DNA of 64,000 nucleotides from a virus (Duplodnaviria; Caudoviricetes), in IMG/VR virus record IMGVR_UViG_3300037454_000542, positions 27,095-91,094 of that record; one strand, written 5' to 3'. This document shows, one piece after another, positions 1-9,800 of the stretch. Position 1 is the stretch's first letter; each line of letters starts with the position of its first letter. Position numbers and translations under genes: made by a program. The notes below the pieces were generated by a model that saw only the letters and a list, made by a program, of their open reading frames with translations, did no database searches and was not told the DNA's origin.

Positions 1-890
1 TGTGCCGATTGCTCTTGGAGAGTCGTTGTTTGGAAAAGCACCATCGAATCTTGACGTGTTCTGAATGATTCTTCAATCGCGCTCGCGTTCGCTGCCGATA
101 TATTGAAAGTGTATTCAAAGCCGCTGCCAGTCCCGGTCAGCGTCACATTCCCAAGATTAACGAAATTGTTGTCGTCAAACGTCGCTTGTTCTATTGCTGT
201 CTGTATTGCATCATATATGCCGGAACTCGCAACAGGATTCGAGCTGCTTGAGGTGACTGTGCTATCGACCGTTATTGCGGGAGGAATAGTAGGCTTGTTT
301 TTAATATAACTCGGCGCAGTAGTGTCCGTCTGATTCCAGTCGGATTGCACATTGCTGCCACCACCGCCGCTAAACGGCACGCCGTGCCCCATCATATCGC
401 CATTGCTGTCAACAAGGTGAATGACGGTTTCGTCATCAATAACCGATGTCCCGAGGTCGCTTGCTCTCGCGGCAATAACATATTCATCGGAGCCGGGCGC
501 GGCGTCCAAATCGTAGTTTGATTTGTCAACCACGATATAGAACGTTGAAGAGGTCAGCAGAACTGTATCAGAGTTCGCGGAAGCGTAAACCGTAATATCA
601 CAGTTTACCACGCCCACAAGATCCATCACATTGCCAGGAATTTTGAAAGTAACGCTTCCGTCACTTTCGATTGTCGCATTAGTGTAGATCGTTGTGTCGT
701 CGGGCTTAGTCATATTGAGCCGCGCCGACGTGCTAACCACTACTTGTCCCGCTGCGCTCATAAGCGTAACGGTAATGTATCTGGAGTTCTTATCATACTG
801 CTTTGCGTAGATATAGGAAGGGGTATTGTGCGACGCATCATCAGTGAAAATTGTTGCATGTGTCACAATTTTGTTATCGGTGGTTGCCAA
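1..890 (-). CDS. BppU/DUF2479-like baseplate upper or receptor-binding protein, 3' end beyond window
   Basis: Manually translated from TTG at 890 (RBS GAAAGGAAG): ...YAKQYDKNSRYITVTL...ARLNMTKPDDTTIY...SSTFYIVVDKS, a BppU N-terminal pattern, followed by tail-fibre-type VQSDWNQTDTTAPSYIKNKP. Not in the ORF track because it is truncated. Confidence 0.65.
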   Translation of the reverse strand, partial: MATTDNKIVTHATIFTDDASHNTPSYIYAKQYDKNSRYITVTLMSAAGQVVVSTSARLNMTKPDDTTIYTNATIESDGSVTFKIPGNVMDLVGVVNCDITVYASANSDTVLLTSSTFYIVVDKSNYDLDAAPGSDEYVIAARASDLGTSVIDDETVIHLVDSNGDMMGHGVPFSGGGGSNVQSDWNQTDTTAPSYIKNKPTIPPAITVDSTVTSSSSNPVASSGIYDAIQTAIEQATFDDNNFVNLGNVTLTGTGSGFEYTFNISAANASAIEESFRTRQDSMVLFQTTTLQEQSA

Positions 891-906
891 TTTTTGCCAC
901 TTCCTT

Positions 907-1290
907 TCATATTGTTATTGCTACCCTGAAATTCGAGGATTTATATATAAAATCATTGTCGTCTTGATCTGTACCCGTAACGCGAATCTCACAGAACAGC
1001 AGACTCGCCACCCGCAATGCTTGCGGTATAGCAAATACTATTTCGCCGTGCGCGCCAATCGTGCAGTTTATGTCCGTTTTTTCGTAGCTGTGTTTAAGCC
1101 GCGCCTTCGTAACGCAGCATTTTGCGGTAAGAGACTGGCTTACCGGAAAGGGTTTCCCATCCGCGAAGAGGTAAACCACAATGTCATAGTTCGTCCTTCC
1201 AGTTAAACGAAAGGTTACTGTTTCGCCGGTGGACTTGTCATCAAGATATGCGATAGTGTCGCAATCCACCCCGTTGATATAGCGTTTCAT
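907..1290 (-). CDS. Hypothetical baseplate-associated protein (BppU-N-like)
   Basis: 127 aa, beta-rich, ends KSSNFRVAITI like a BppU N-domain; lies in the distal tail module. Confidence 0.45.
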   Translation of the reverse strand: MKRYINGVDCDTIAYLDDKSTGETVTFRLTGRTNYDIVVYLFADGKPFPVSQSLTAKCCVTKARLKHSYEKTDINCTIGAHGEIVFAIPQALRVASLLFCEIRVTGTDQDDNDFIYKSSNFRVAITI

Positions 1291-1310
1291 TGCTTCACCT
1301 CGTTAGAGAA

Positions 1311-1334
1311 AGAGGGGAGAATGATCTCCCCTCC
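1311..1334 (-). terminator. Intergenic hairpin, possible terminator
   Basis: GAGGGGAGA-ATGA-TCTCCCCTC inverted repeat downstream of 1338..1703. Confidence 0.4.
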
Positions 1335-1337
1335 ACT

Positions 1338-1703
1338 TCACTTTTCTTCGTCTATGAAATCTAAAAGAGGATACATTTGTTGCAAGGACATTTTCAGTTC
1401 GCTGCTAAGCTCGGACAGAGAAAAGCGGATGCCCGGGTCTTGCGCGTCGGTATTCTGAAGCGCTTCAACTGCGTTCAAAAACTTGTCTCGATGCTCTGCG
1501 CCGACTTCTATGCCGCCGTCGTCATGAACTGTAGCATTGTACTTTTCAATTATCTTTTTTAGCTCTGCGACATAGAAATCTGTGTCGCTTTGCGTGGCAG
1601 CGATGAATTTTGCGAGCCAGTACGCGAGATGCGTGCCGATCTTTTTGTCGGCTGCAATTTCTTCAACCGTAGTGTGAGCCTTAACAATAGTCTTTAGTTT
1701 CAT
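1338..1703 (-). CDS. Hypothetical protein following the tail protein (possible fibre chaperone)
   Basis: 121 aa ORF overlapping the tail protein stop; RBS AAGGAG. Confidence 0.6.
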   Translation of the reverse strand: MKLKTIVKAHTTVEEIAADKKIGTHLAYWLAKFIAATQSDTDFYVAELKKIIEKYNATVHDDGGIEVGAEHRDKFLNAVEALQNTDAQDPGIRFSLSELSSELKMSLQQMYPLLDFIDEEK

Positions 1704-4700
1704 AATGTTTCTCCTTAATGTCCGTTAATTGTTTTTCAAGTTCTGTAATTCGCCGCTTGAGTTGTTGTATCTCCCAAACGTTCATCGCTGCGAACTCAGC
1801 GTAATCCAGCGAGTATGTGTCATCGTGGTGAATTATGCCAAAGTCCTTTTCGCTCATCCCGTTTTCGCCAAGTGCGTCTGCAACGTCTTGCGCGATGAAG
1901 CCAAATCGCTTCTTTCCGGCCGAATCGCTCTTCATTGTGTACACAGCAGGTTTGAGGCTGTTGAAGACGCGGTCTGCAAAAGCAAGATCGTATGAGATGG
2001 CGGTTTTGAGGCACCTGTCCGAAGATGTGTGAACTTGACTTGTATAAACGTCACCAATATATCCGTTTTTCCAATACCGATTGCCTCTTCCTAAGTCGTA
2101 TGTGTTCGCTACGCCGGGAACAACGTTGTTAGTAATACTCATACCATAAACGGGAGTGGTAGCCGTGTTGGATCGGTAAGTATAGCTCGCCGGGGCGTAT
2201 GAAGTGACTTCCTGGCTTGAGGGTGCGCTGGGAGTTGGTGCGACGTGAAAGCGGTTGATTATGTCTACTGTCGTACTGCCACTCGTGGTGCCCTTAGCTA
2301 AATATACATCTATTGATTTGCTAAATGTCGTAGCACTACCATAGTCCGAACCAAAGCTAAAGGTTGCGCTAACGTTGACGGTCACAAACAGCCCCGTTGG
2401 CATTTGGGCATTGCCCCCCGTCGTAACGGTTGCCACGAATCTTACATAATCCGCTGTCGCTGAGCAGTTTACGCTTGCGTTAAAATTTATTGTAGTCGTA
2501 GTAGTAGATGTATAGCATTCGTCATAAATACTCGTATACGGCATTCTTATCGCCAGATGAGCTGTCGTGCTGTCAGCCGGATATAGCGTGATGGTATTGG
2601 CAGTGATGTTGGTGCCGTACATATCACCTCTAACTGCCAGACTTTCAACGCCCAGATTGTCTATGTAGCTCATTTGACCGCTTGTTGACACAACGTCAAT
2701 ACCGTCGCCCATGAACTTTCCACCGGAAGCATAAATAATGCCGCTGAAGACAAAGCTGTTAGTCCCAAGATTAAATGTCACGTACGACGCTTTGTTGTCG
2801 CTGAGAAGCGAAAATCCGTCTGTTCCTAGATATATTCCGCTTCGTGTGCTGCTAAGCGTGCTTTTGGAATTGCTGTACATTTTGCCCGTGCCGATTGTAA
2901 ATCCTGCCAAGCCGCCTATATATCCGGCGTTTGCGGTTATGTTGCCCCGAACAATTACGTTACCATCTGTATCGGCCTGAAATACATTGAGCGATCCTTG
3001 TTTAACGACAATGCCACCGTCATTTATCACGACAGAGCTATTGGCGTTTCTTATTTCAAGAGCCTCACCTAATAGCAGAGACCCAATAAGCACTTCCGCA
3101 ACCAATCCATACGCTGTAACATTGCTTCCGCCGCTGTCTGTGTATGTTATTTTACCCAACGCGGCCTTTGCTGTTGCCCAGTTATCGTCGGTGAATATAA
3201 TCATGTTATTCACTATCCGCAACTGTTCGTTCGCAAATGCGTCTTGGTTGGCATCAGTAAACTTGCGTCCCAAGATGCCAGTGTCGTCAATCTTAAACTC
3301 TTGGTTGTTCATATTAGCGAACGTAGCTCTAAGTGCCGATGAAAGCGGATTCTTAATGAGCGGCGTAATATACGATTTGTCCTTTGAGTATTCCAGCATA
3401 TTTTGCCAGTTCGCGCCAACTTGCTTTGAAACGCTACTCGACGTCGCCATCAAATCGCCGTAGGTATAGCCCCAGTCATCGAGGCGCAGCGCGTTTGCAA
3501 ACGTCAGAGAGAACGTGTCGGTAGTGTCAAGGTTGTATTCCATCTCGAGAAGGGCGGGATAGTACCACAAGCCTTCTTCTTTTTCGACAGTGATTATCTT
3601 GCCGAGCTCGAGTTCAGACATTTGGTTTCTGAACTCATATAGCTTGCTGCAATCCACCGAGGTAATTGAGAACTGCAACTTAGGCTGGCAGACTTTAGAA
3701 AGCTCCAACTCGCCGGCGTGCATCAACTCGAGCGCGAGACTGAGCGTTTGGGCCGCTGTTGTTTCGTCTGTTACTTCAATATTATCGTTGGTATAGTCGC
3801 CTTCGATCCAGTATCTCCCGAGCTCTCTGAGAAGGGCGGGAGTATTGGAGAAGTAGTTGATGATATTACACTGCGAGCTTATGGCTTCAAGAGCTGCGTA
3901 TCGCGTGTCAACGGCCTGCTGAGCGCCGGCAATCAATGTCTCAAGCTGCTTTTTCTTAGTATCGTAGCGTTTCTTCCAGGCGGTTGCAGAATACAAATCT
4001 GCATAACGCTTGAATCCGCCACAGCCAAATTGACCTGCCGACGTAACGGTGGTTGCGTCATGAGAAACCATAAGACACTGCTTTGCGAGATCCCAATGAT
4101 CGTTCTTAATGACGTCCAAGTCTTCAAACCACGCATCCCAATAAGCAGCGTTGTCGTCCCAACTGCCTTGGCGCACATTGATTATGAGCTTCTTGCGAGC
4201 TTTATCTAACCGCAAAAGATCTGCCAAATCCTTAAATCCGCACAATGAGTCTGCGTATTCATATATCTGGCTCTCGGTCAATATTTCGCGATTCTCGCAA
4301 ATTGGTGTCAGGTCGGCAGACCAAACCCCTCCGTTAGAGTCCCACATTTCAACGCCGATGCTGTAAGTCGTGGCCACATTCTCATCTACTTCTTCTGGGC
4401 CGACTGTTATGTTTTCTTCCCACTCAGGATAATATTCAGCCATTTCAATCGGCGAAACGAACGGTCGAAGATGGTAGTCAACATTACCGTTGCAATATGA
4501 GTTATAATCATCGCATAACTGGTTTATCTGTGATATATTACTTGCATATGCCGCAGACTGCGTATCATATTGATAGAACCCAGACGGAACAAGCTCGATC
4601 TCTTTTTGAACGGCAAGTCCCCTCACAGCTCCGGTCAGCTTGCAATAGCTATCAAAGATGGGTCCAGTCATGTCGCCGAAGTAATAATATTCAGCGTTGT

Positions 4701-5994
4701 AACACGCTTCGGCGGTGCCGGTCATAGGTGTTCCGCTAAAAGTATAATATATTCTGCCTCCAACAGTGGTGGTTGTCGGCTGGTTGGCATAGGCCGTTAT
4801 TTGACTATTTGCAGTAAATTCGGCGTTCTTGTATCTGGAGCTTGGCTCAAGAGATTTTTCGCCAGTTTCGACGGTCTCACACCATATGGTTCCATAAGGC
4901 GGGTTCGATCCTTCGACCTGCGCCACCGAACGCTTTTGCTCGGCGTTGTCGAGGTCTGTATAAATCGTTGAAATCTCCGTCAACTGATCCTGATACTTCG
5001 TCAGCCTCAGATAGTCGTCCTGCAATCCTGCAACGTGGGCTACATAATATCCCTGTTGGGAATCGACAAAAGCTTTCCACTGCCTCAGCTTTTCCTTCAG
5101 AGCATCAGACATCCAGCGATTGTCGTTATCCATATAATAGCTAAAGTCGCAGATATATTTTGTGCCGGTCGGGTTAACGCTGGAGATGTCACAATTTGTG
5201 CCTTCACAGTTCATAACCGTGACAATATCTTCGGAGTTTTCCTCGACCTGAACTTCCTTCATAAAGTTACTAAAGGTAAAGAGAACATTGGCCTTTTCGG
5301 TTACTTCCTCGGTAAGCATCGCGTGGATCGTCTTAAATCTGAAGTCGAACAGAATGAGGCACTCATACGCCTCTTCGACAGACTTAACGAGCCACTCATA
5401 ACCCGTGCAGGTTTCCTCTTTGAACGATCTGGCTTTTTGCCTCAAGGCCGAACTTATATATGTTACAGTCCATTCGTCGTAAGGCTCGGCGGGATCTTCC
5501 AGACCTTGCCCGAGTGCAAGCTGCACACCAAGTTGCTGATGAATCTGCCCGATAACAGAAGGAACTGCGCCTTCGTCGCTCGCGTCGTAATTCGCGTCAG
5601 TGGGGTCAGAGGGGTTGTAGAAGTAATAAACTCTATCCTCGCAATACACGCCTTTGTCCTGCAAAACGATCTGCCCGGAAGAACAGGTGACGTCCTTCGA
5701 TTTGACGACGCCGTTATCCGTCTCTGTCACACTGGTTATTATAAACTCGCCGATGCCAGTAGCAATAATTCTGCGGCGAGTTTGGATATAGTCGTAGTAA
5801 TCTAAATCCACCTTTTCGCCCTCGCTGTTTGTCGTGGTCGAAAAGCAAGTGAACGTCAACTCTGACAAATCATTGAAGCGCAGCCTCAAAATGCGGTCTG
5901 TCGCGACGACGGGGAACAGCTCTCTGCCGTCGGGGTTGACAAGGTACAGCTCGGTTTCGTTTAGGTTGTGGTAGTAGTCGAAAGATAGATTCAT
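1681..5994 (-). CDS. Minor tail (Tal/host-specificity) protein with C-terminal intramolecular chaperone (peptidase S74-like)
   Basis: 1437 aa after Dit; C-terminal SSDRCLK...LKPAVY...FGFIAQDV...coiled coil is the chaperone auto-cleavage signature. Confidence 0.8.
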   Translation of the reverse strand: MNLSFDYYHNLNETELYLVNPDGRELFPVVATDRILRLRFNDLSELTFTCFSTTTNSEGEKVDLDYYDYIQTRRRIIATGIGEFIITSVTETDNGVVKSKDVTCSSGQIVLQDKGVYCEDRVYYFYNPSDPTDANYDASDEGAVPSVIGQIHQQLGVQLALGQGLEDPAEPYDEWTVTYISSALRQKARSFKEETCTGYEWLVKSVEEAYECLILFDFRFKTIHAMLTEEVTEKANVLFTFSNFMKEVQVEENSEDIVTVMNCEGTNCDISSVNPTGTKYICDFSYYMDNDNRWMSDALKEKLRQWKAFVDSQQGYYVAHVAGLQDDYLRLTKYQDQLTEISTIYTDLDNAEQKRSVAQVEGSNPPYGTIWCETVETGEKSLEPSSRYKNAEFTANSQITAYANQPTTTTVGGRIYYTFSGTPMTGTAEACYNAEYYYFGDMTGPIFDSYCKLTGAVRGLAVQKEIELVPSGFYQYDTQSAAYASNISQINQLCDDYNSYCNGNVDYHLRPFVSPIEMAEYYPEWEENITVGPEEVDENVATTYSIGVEMWDSNGGVWSADLTPICENREILTESQIYEYADSLCGFKDLADLLRLDKARKKLIINVRQGSWDDNAAYWDAWFEDLDVIKNDHWDLAKQCLMVSHDATTVTSAGQFGCGGFKRYADLYSATAWKKRYDTKKKQLETLIAGAQQAVDTRYAALEAISSQCNIINYFSNTPALLRELGRYWIEGDYTNDNIEVTDETTAAQTLSLALELMHAGELELSKVCQPKLQFSITSVDCSKLYEFRNQMSELELGKIITVEKEEGLWYYPALLEMEYNLDTTDTFSLTFANALRLDDWGYTYGDLMATSSSVSKQVGANWQNMLEYSKDKSYITPLIKNPLSSALRATFANMNNQEFKIDDTGILGRKFTDANQDAFANEQLRIVNNMIIFTDDNWATAKAALGKITYTDSGGSNVTAYGLVAEVLIGSLLLGEALEIRNANSSVVINDGGIVVKQGSLNVFQADTDGNVIVRGNITANAGYIGGLAGFTIGTGKMYSNSKSTLSSTRSGIYLGTDGFSLLSDNKASYVTFNLGTNSFVFSGIIYASGGKFMGDGIDVVSTSGQMSYIDNLGVESLAVRGDMYGTNITANTITLYPADSTTAHLAIRMPYTSIYDECYTSTTTTTINFNASVNCSATADYVRFVATVTTGGNAQMPTGLFVTVNVSATFSFGSDYGSATTFSKSIDVYLAKGTTSGSTTVDIINRFHVAPTPSAPSSQEVTSYAPASYTYRSNTATTPVYGMSITNNVVPGVANTYDLGRGNRYWKNGYIGDVYTSQVHTSSDRCLKTAISYDLAFADRVFNSLKPAVYTMKSDSAGKKRFGFIAQDVADALGENGMSEKDFGIIHHDDTYSLDYAEFAAMNVWEIQQLKRRITELEKQLTDIKEKHYETKDYC

Positions 5995-6009
5995 ATCGCA
6001 ACCCTCTCC

Positions 6010-6792
6010 TTAATAACCGATCATAGCGTACCACGGGCAAGTTATTGTAACGGTGCCCGGGCAAGTGACCGTCAGTGTATTCTGTCCCTGCCTTAATCTC
6101 AGCCAGTTCTTGCTTGTGAACTTTGATAGTTTTTCGCCGCCGAGTGTGCTGGTTATGGTCTTTGTTTCGCAATCAACCGTAACTGTTTCGCCGGCGGTTA
6201 AGCCGGAGAACGCAAACGCTCTGCTGGCGTCATCAGTTGTATTTATGATGCTGATAGAGCCGCCGGTGAATTGCACCGTAGGATAAGTGTATCCATCGCG
6301 GATGTCAGATTTATTCTGTATTGTAACTGTGCGCGTCCCGCTGCCGGTAGAAGTGACTGTCGTGGGTACGCCGCGCGCAAACGGGGAGTCAAGACTGCCC
6401 GTCAGTCTAAAGCCGTGACATTCACCGTTGACATAAACTGTGGACGACGATGTGAACACGCAATAGTAATCAAAATCTTCCCAGTCATCGTTGTGGAACT
6501 TCAGAGGCTTGAAGGTCTTGCGGCCAATAAGCCACGACAAAATCTCGGATCTGAGTTCGATGGGTATGACCGTCTCGCTAACAACGGTGAAGTTGCACGT
6601 CGGGGGAGAGTCATACTCCAAACCGCCATGGTAGAACCGAATCAGCGACGGTACTTTAAGCACGGAAAGACTTGGAGAGAAGGCGTCATTCTCCTCCACG
6701 GACTCTGGCGTGAATCCGGTAAATTCGGCCATCTGTAAACCATAGGTGCCAGAGAAAACGCCGTCATAAGTGAAATATGTTGAGTTTATCAA
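6010..6792 (-). CDS. Distal tail protein (Dit)/phage tail family protein
   Basis: 260 aa between TMP and tail protein; YFTYDG N-terminus and WLRLRQGQNTLTV C-terminal motif. Confidence 0.75.
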   Translation of the reverse strand: MINSTYFTYDGVFSGTYGLQMAEFTGFTPESVEENDAFSPSLSVLKVPSLIRFYHGGLEYDSPPTCNFTVVSETVIPIELRSEILSWLIGRKTFKPLKFHNDDWEDFDYYCVFTSSSTVYVNGECHGFRLTGSLDSPFARGVPTTVTSTGSGTRTVTIQNKSDIRDGYTYPTVQFTGGSISIINTTDDASRAFAFSGLTAGETVTVDCETKTITSTLGGEKLSKFTSKNWLRLRQGQNTLTVTCPGTVTITCPWYAMIGY

Positions 6793-6818
6793 TCTTATTC
6801 TCTCCTTTCTTTGAGTAA

Positions 6819-6848
6819 CGCAGGGTACACATTACGCATACCCTGCGT
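6819..6848 (-). terminator. Hairpin between TMP and Dit
   Basis: CGCAGGGTA...TACCCTGCG inverted repeat. Confidence 0.35.
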
Positions 6849-6860
6849 ACTAAGCATTAG

Positions 6861-9800
6861 TTAGATCGCAATTTTTTGAGCCGACTTGCGATAGCCGGAA
6901 CGAATCATTCCTGTATCAAACTCGCGTTTGATTTGAGTAACGGCCTGCTGCACAATCTGGTTGAGACCAGGAAGCGCATCTTTGGTAACGGTGTCACAGT
7001 TGATATTGATGAGAGGGGCGTTGAAAGCGTTGCTTGCTGCCGTAACAAGGTTAGGCAGAGTTCTGTTCATGAACCGATTCATCATTGCCGGGGTGGAAAC
7101 GAACTCACCTTTGAGAAGTTTCGCAAATTCTTCGGTGGATTTAAGAGTTGTGTTTCCAACTATTCCGCCAGAATGGTGGGTCGCTATCCTTCTCCCCCCG
7201 CCGCTATACGTGTGACCACTTGAAGACTTGTATTCTTCGTGATAATACCGATCGCCAGAGCTGCCGCTCTTACCGCTCAAAAACTCTTTAAGCCGACTGA
7301 CTGACGACGTCACAAAATTCTTGATACTTTGGTCGGGCAGTATGCTGCTTATAACGTCTACGAGATTGGAACCAATCGTGAGGACGGGGGCTATTGCGGT
7401 ATTGATGGCACTTATTGCAGCATTGCTTGCTTCGCTTGCAGCCTTGCTAGCACTATTCTCTGCTAAGTCGGTTTGATCTCTTTCTACAAGTTGTTCCATT
7501 GCTTCGTAGCTTACCCTGACTTTCTCGGTCAAATCCAGTATATTTTGAGAAACTACACCGAGGCTTGAGGCGCCTGATAGTTCGGAAATCCTGTCCTCAA
7601 TCGCGTCAAGCTTGCCATCAATCAACTTCTTATACTCTTCGTATTGCTCATCGAGCTCGTTTGTAACAACATCTATAGCGTGCTCAAGGGTGAAGTCATC
7701 AAGCTCTTCTTGTGCTTCCTTCAGCTCTTTTTCCAACTGGCGCGTTTTTGCGCGACCCGCGGCGGAAGTGTCGAGCTGGGAAACCGCAAGTTTCGTTTGA
7801 AGCGAAGCGACATTTGACTCTTTTTTGGCCAGTTCTTTCTTGTAATCGAGCTCTTCCTTGTATTGTTTAAGCAAGTCTTTGCGCAAATCAATGAGCTCTT
7901 TATAGGCGTTGAGTTGATCCTTCAGGAGATCTTTTTCGTCCTCGTATGCTTTCTTCTGCGCCTCGGCGGCTTTCTTTGCCTGATCCGTAGAAAGTGCGAG
8001 CATTGACAGTGCGACCCTCAAGTTTTTGAGGTTCTCGATGGCGATTTGCTTGGTTTCAAGAGACATGTCTTGAAGTTTAGACACCTGCCCGTAAGTCTCG
8101 ACAAGTCCGCCGATATAATCTTGCATCGCTTCTTCGTCAAGCTCAAAACCATCAGCGGTCTGGATCAGATATTGATCGAGCCCTTGCTTAATCATATCGT
8201 TAAATGTTTTAACGGTGATTGCGCCGTGCTCGTTCATATCATCCATAGAAGAGGCTATGGCATCATACGCGTCTTCAATTTCGCCAAGAATGTCTTTAAC
8301 TTCGTATGACTCTAAAACAAACTCTTTAGTACCTTCCGGCTCTTTCGGCGTGGGAGTCCATGAATCAAGCTCGTCAAGCTTGTTCTTGGCGTCCATGTAG
8401 TTTGTGTACAGGTCTTTATATGTATTGAGAAATTCTGTGACATTATTGTATTGCTTCCGCCAGCTAGCCGTCTTTTGTATTACGTCCCCTGGGACCATGC
8501 CGTCATCGTTGATGTATTCAGAAAGGAGACTGCTACCCCAGACGTAATCTTTTGCGACGTCTTCCGTTGCTCCGTAAGTTGCGACATAATCGAGATCTTC
8601 TTTATACCTGAGAAATTCCTTGTAAAGATCTACGAAGTCATCTGATGGGGCGAAACGAGTAAGGCTGAGGTAAGCTGGGGTTTTATAGGTTATAGTAGTG
8701 CTATTTATAGCCTCTTTTGCAGCAACTAATGCCGACTCGGCTTCTTTCCTGGCTTTTTTAGCTTCTTCTTCAGTAATATTCTGCAGGATACCAAGCTGTT
8801 CTTCCAGCTTGCCATTGACAACATCGATTTGTTTGCCATGATCGCCAACTAGCTCAACGATTCGCTTTTGTATGTCTTCGATTTCGTCCATCGGGGCGTC
8901 TTCTTGACCACCAAGCTCCTTGTACTTCTCGATCAAGGTTGCCAACTCATCAGCGTTATTTTTGTAATCGTCGGCAAGGCTCAAGCTTTCTCTTGATTCT
9001 TCCTTTAATCTGTCAAGGAGTTCCTGGTGTTTTTGCGCGAGGCGTTCTTCGTTCTGCCTAATATCGTTAACAGCTGCCGAAATAGCAGCAGTAATAATAG
9101 CTATTGCCGCAATGACGATTCCAACAACTCCGCCAGACGAGGTTGAGAAGACCTTCTTTAGAGTTTGACCGAAATTCATGCCGGCAGCCCGAGCCGATTG
9201 GAATGACCGGATCATGATTTTAATATGCTTTACCATGCTGAGTATGCTCTTTGCAATCGCAGCTCTCTTTATCCAGACTATTAAAAGGACAATTTGCGCA
9301 AGGGTGCCTTTAGCGCCAAGCAAGTTGTTAGACACTTTGATAATGCCATTAGCTATATTTATAATCGCTTTAAGTAAATCGACAGCCTCTGCAACCAAAT
9401 CGCTACTCAATATGTTCATCGACAGCTCGGCAAATGTGGTTTTAAGCTGATTAACCTTGCCCTGAATGCTATTTGTGTATTTATCCAGCGCTTCCGTAGA
9501 TGTGCCGGCTGAATCCATTGCAGATGCGAATGCGCCGGCGGCATCTCCCCAGTTGCTAAGAATGGAATATATGACGCTGGCCTGTTTCGTGCCGCCCAAG
9601 ATTTCGGCAATTCGCGAAAGGCTTGTTTCATCAAGCTCTCCGGCCACTTTGCCAATGCCCTCAAAGATTTCATATAGATTCTTGAACTGCGTGTCAGAAC
9701 CCTCGACCATGATGTTGAAACCGGAAAGCTTCTTGATTTCCCTGGCATACTTAGACCAAGCCCCTATAAGATCATCCGTATCATCTTGGAGCTCTTTTAG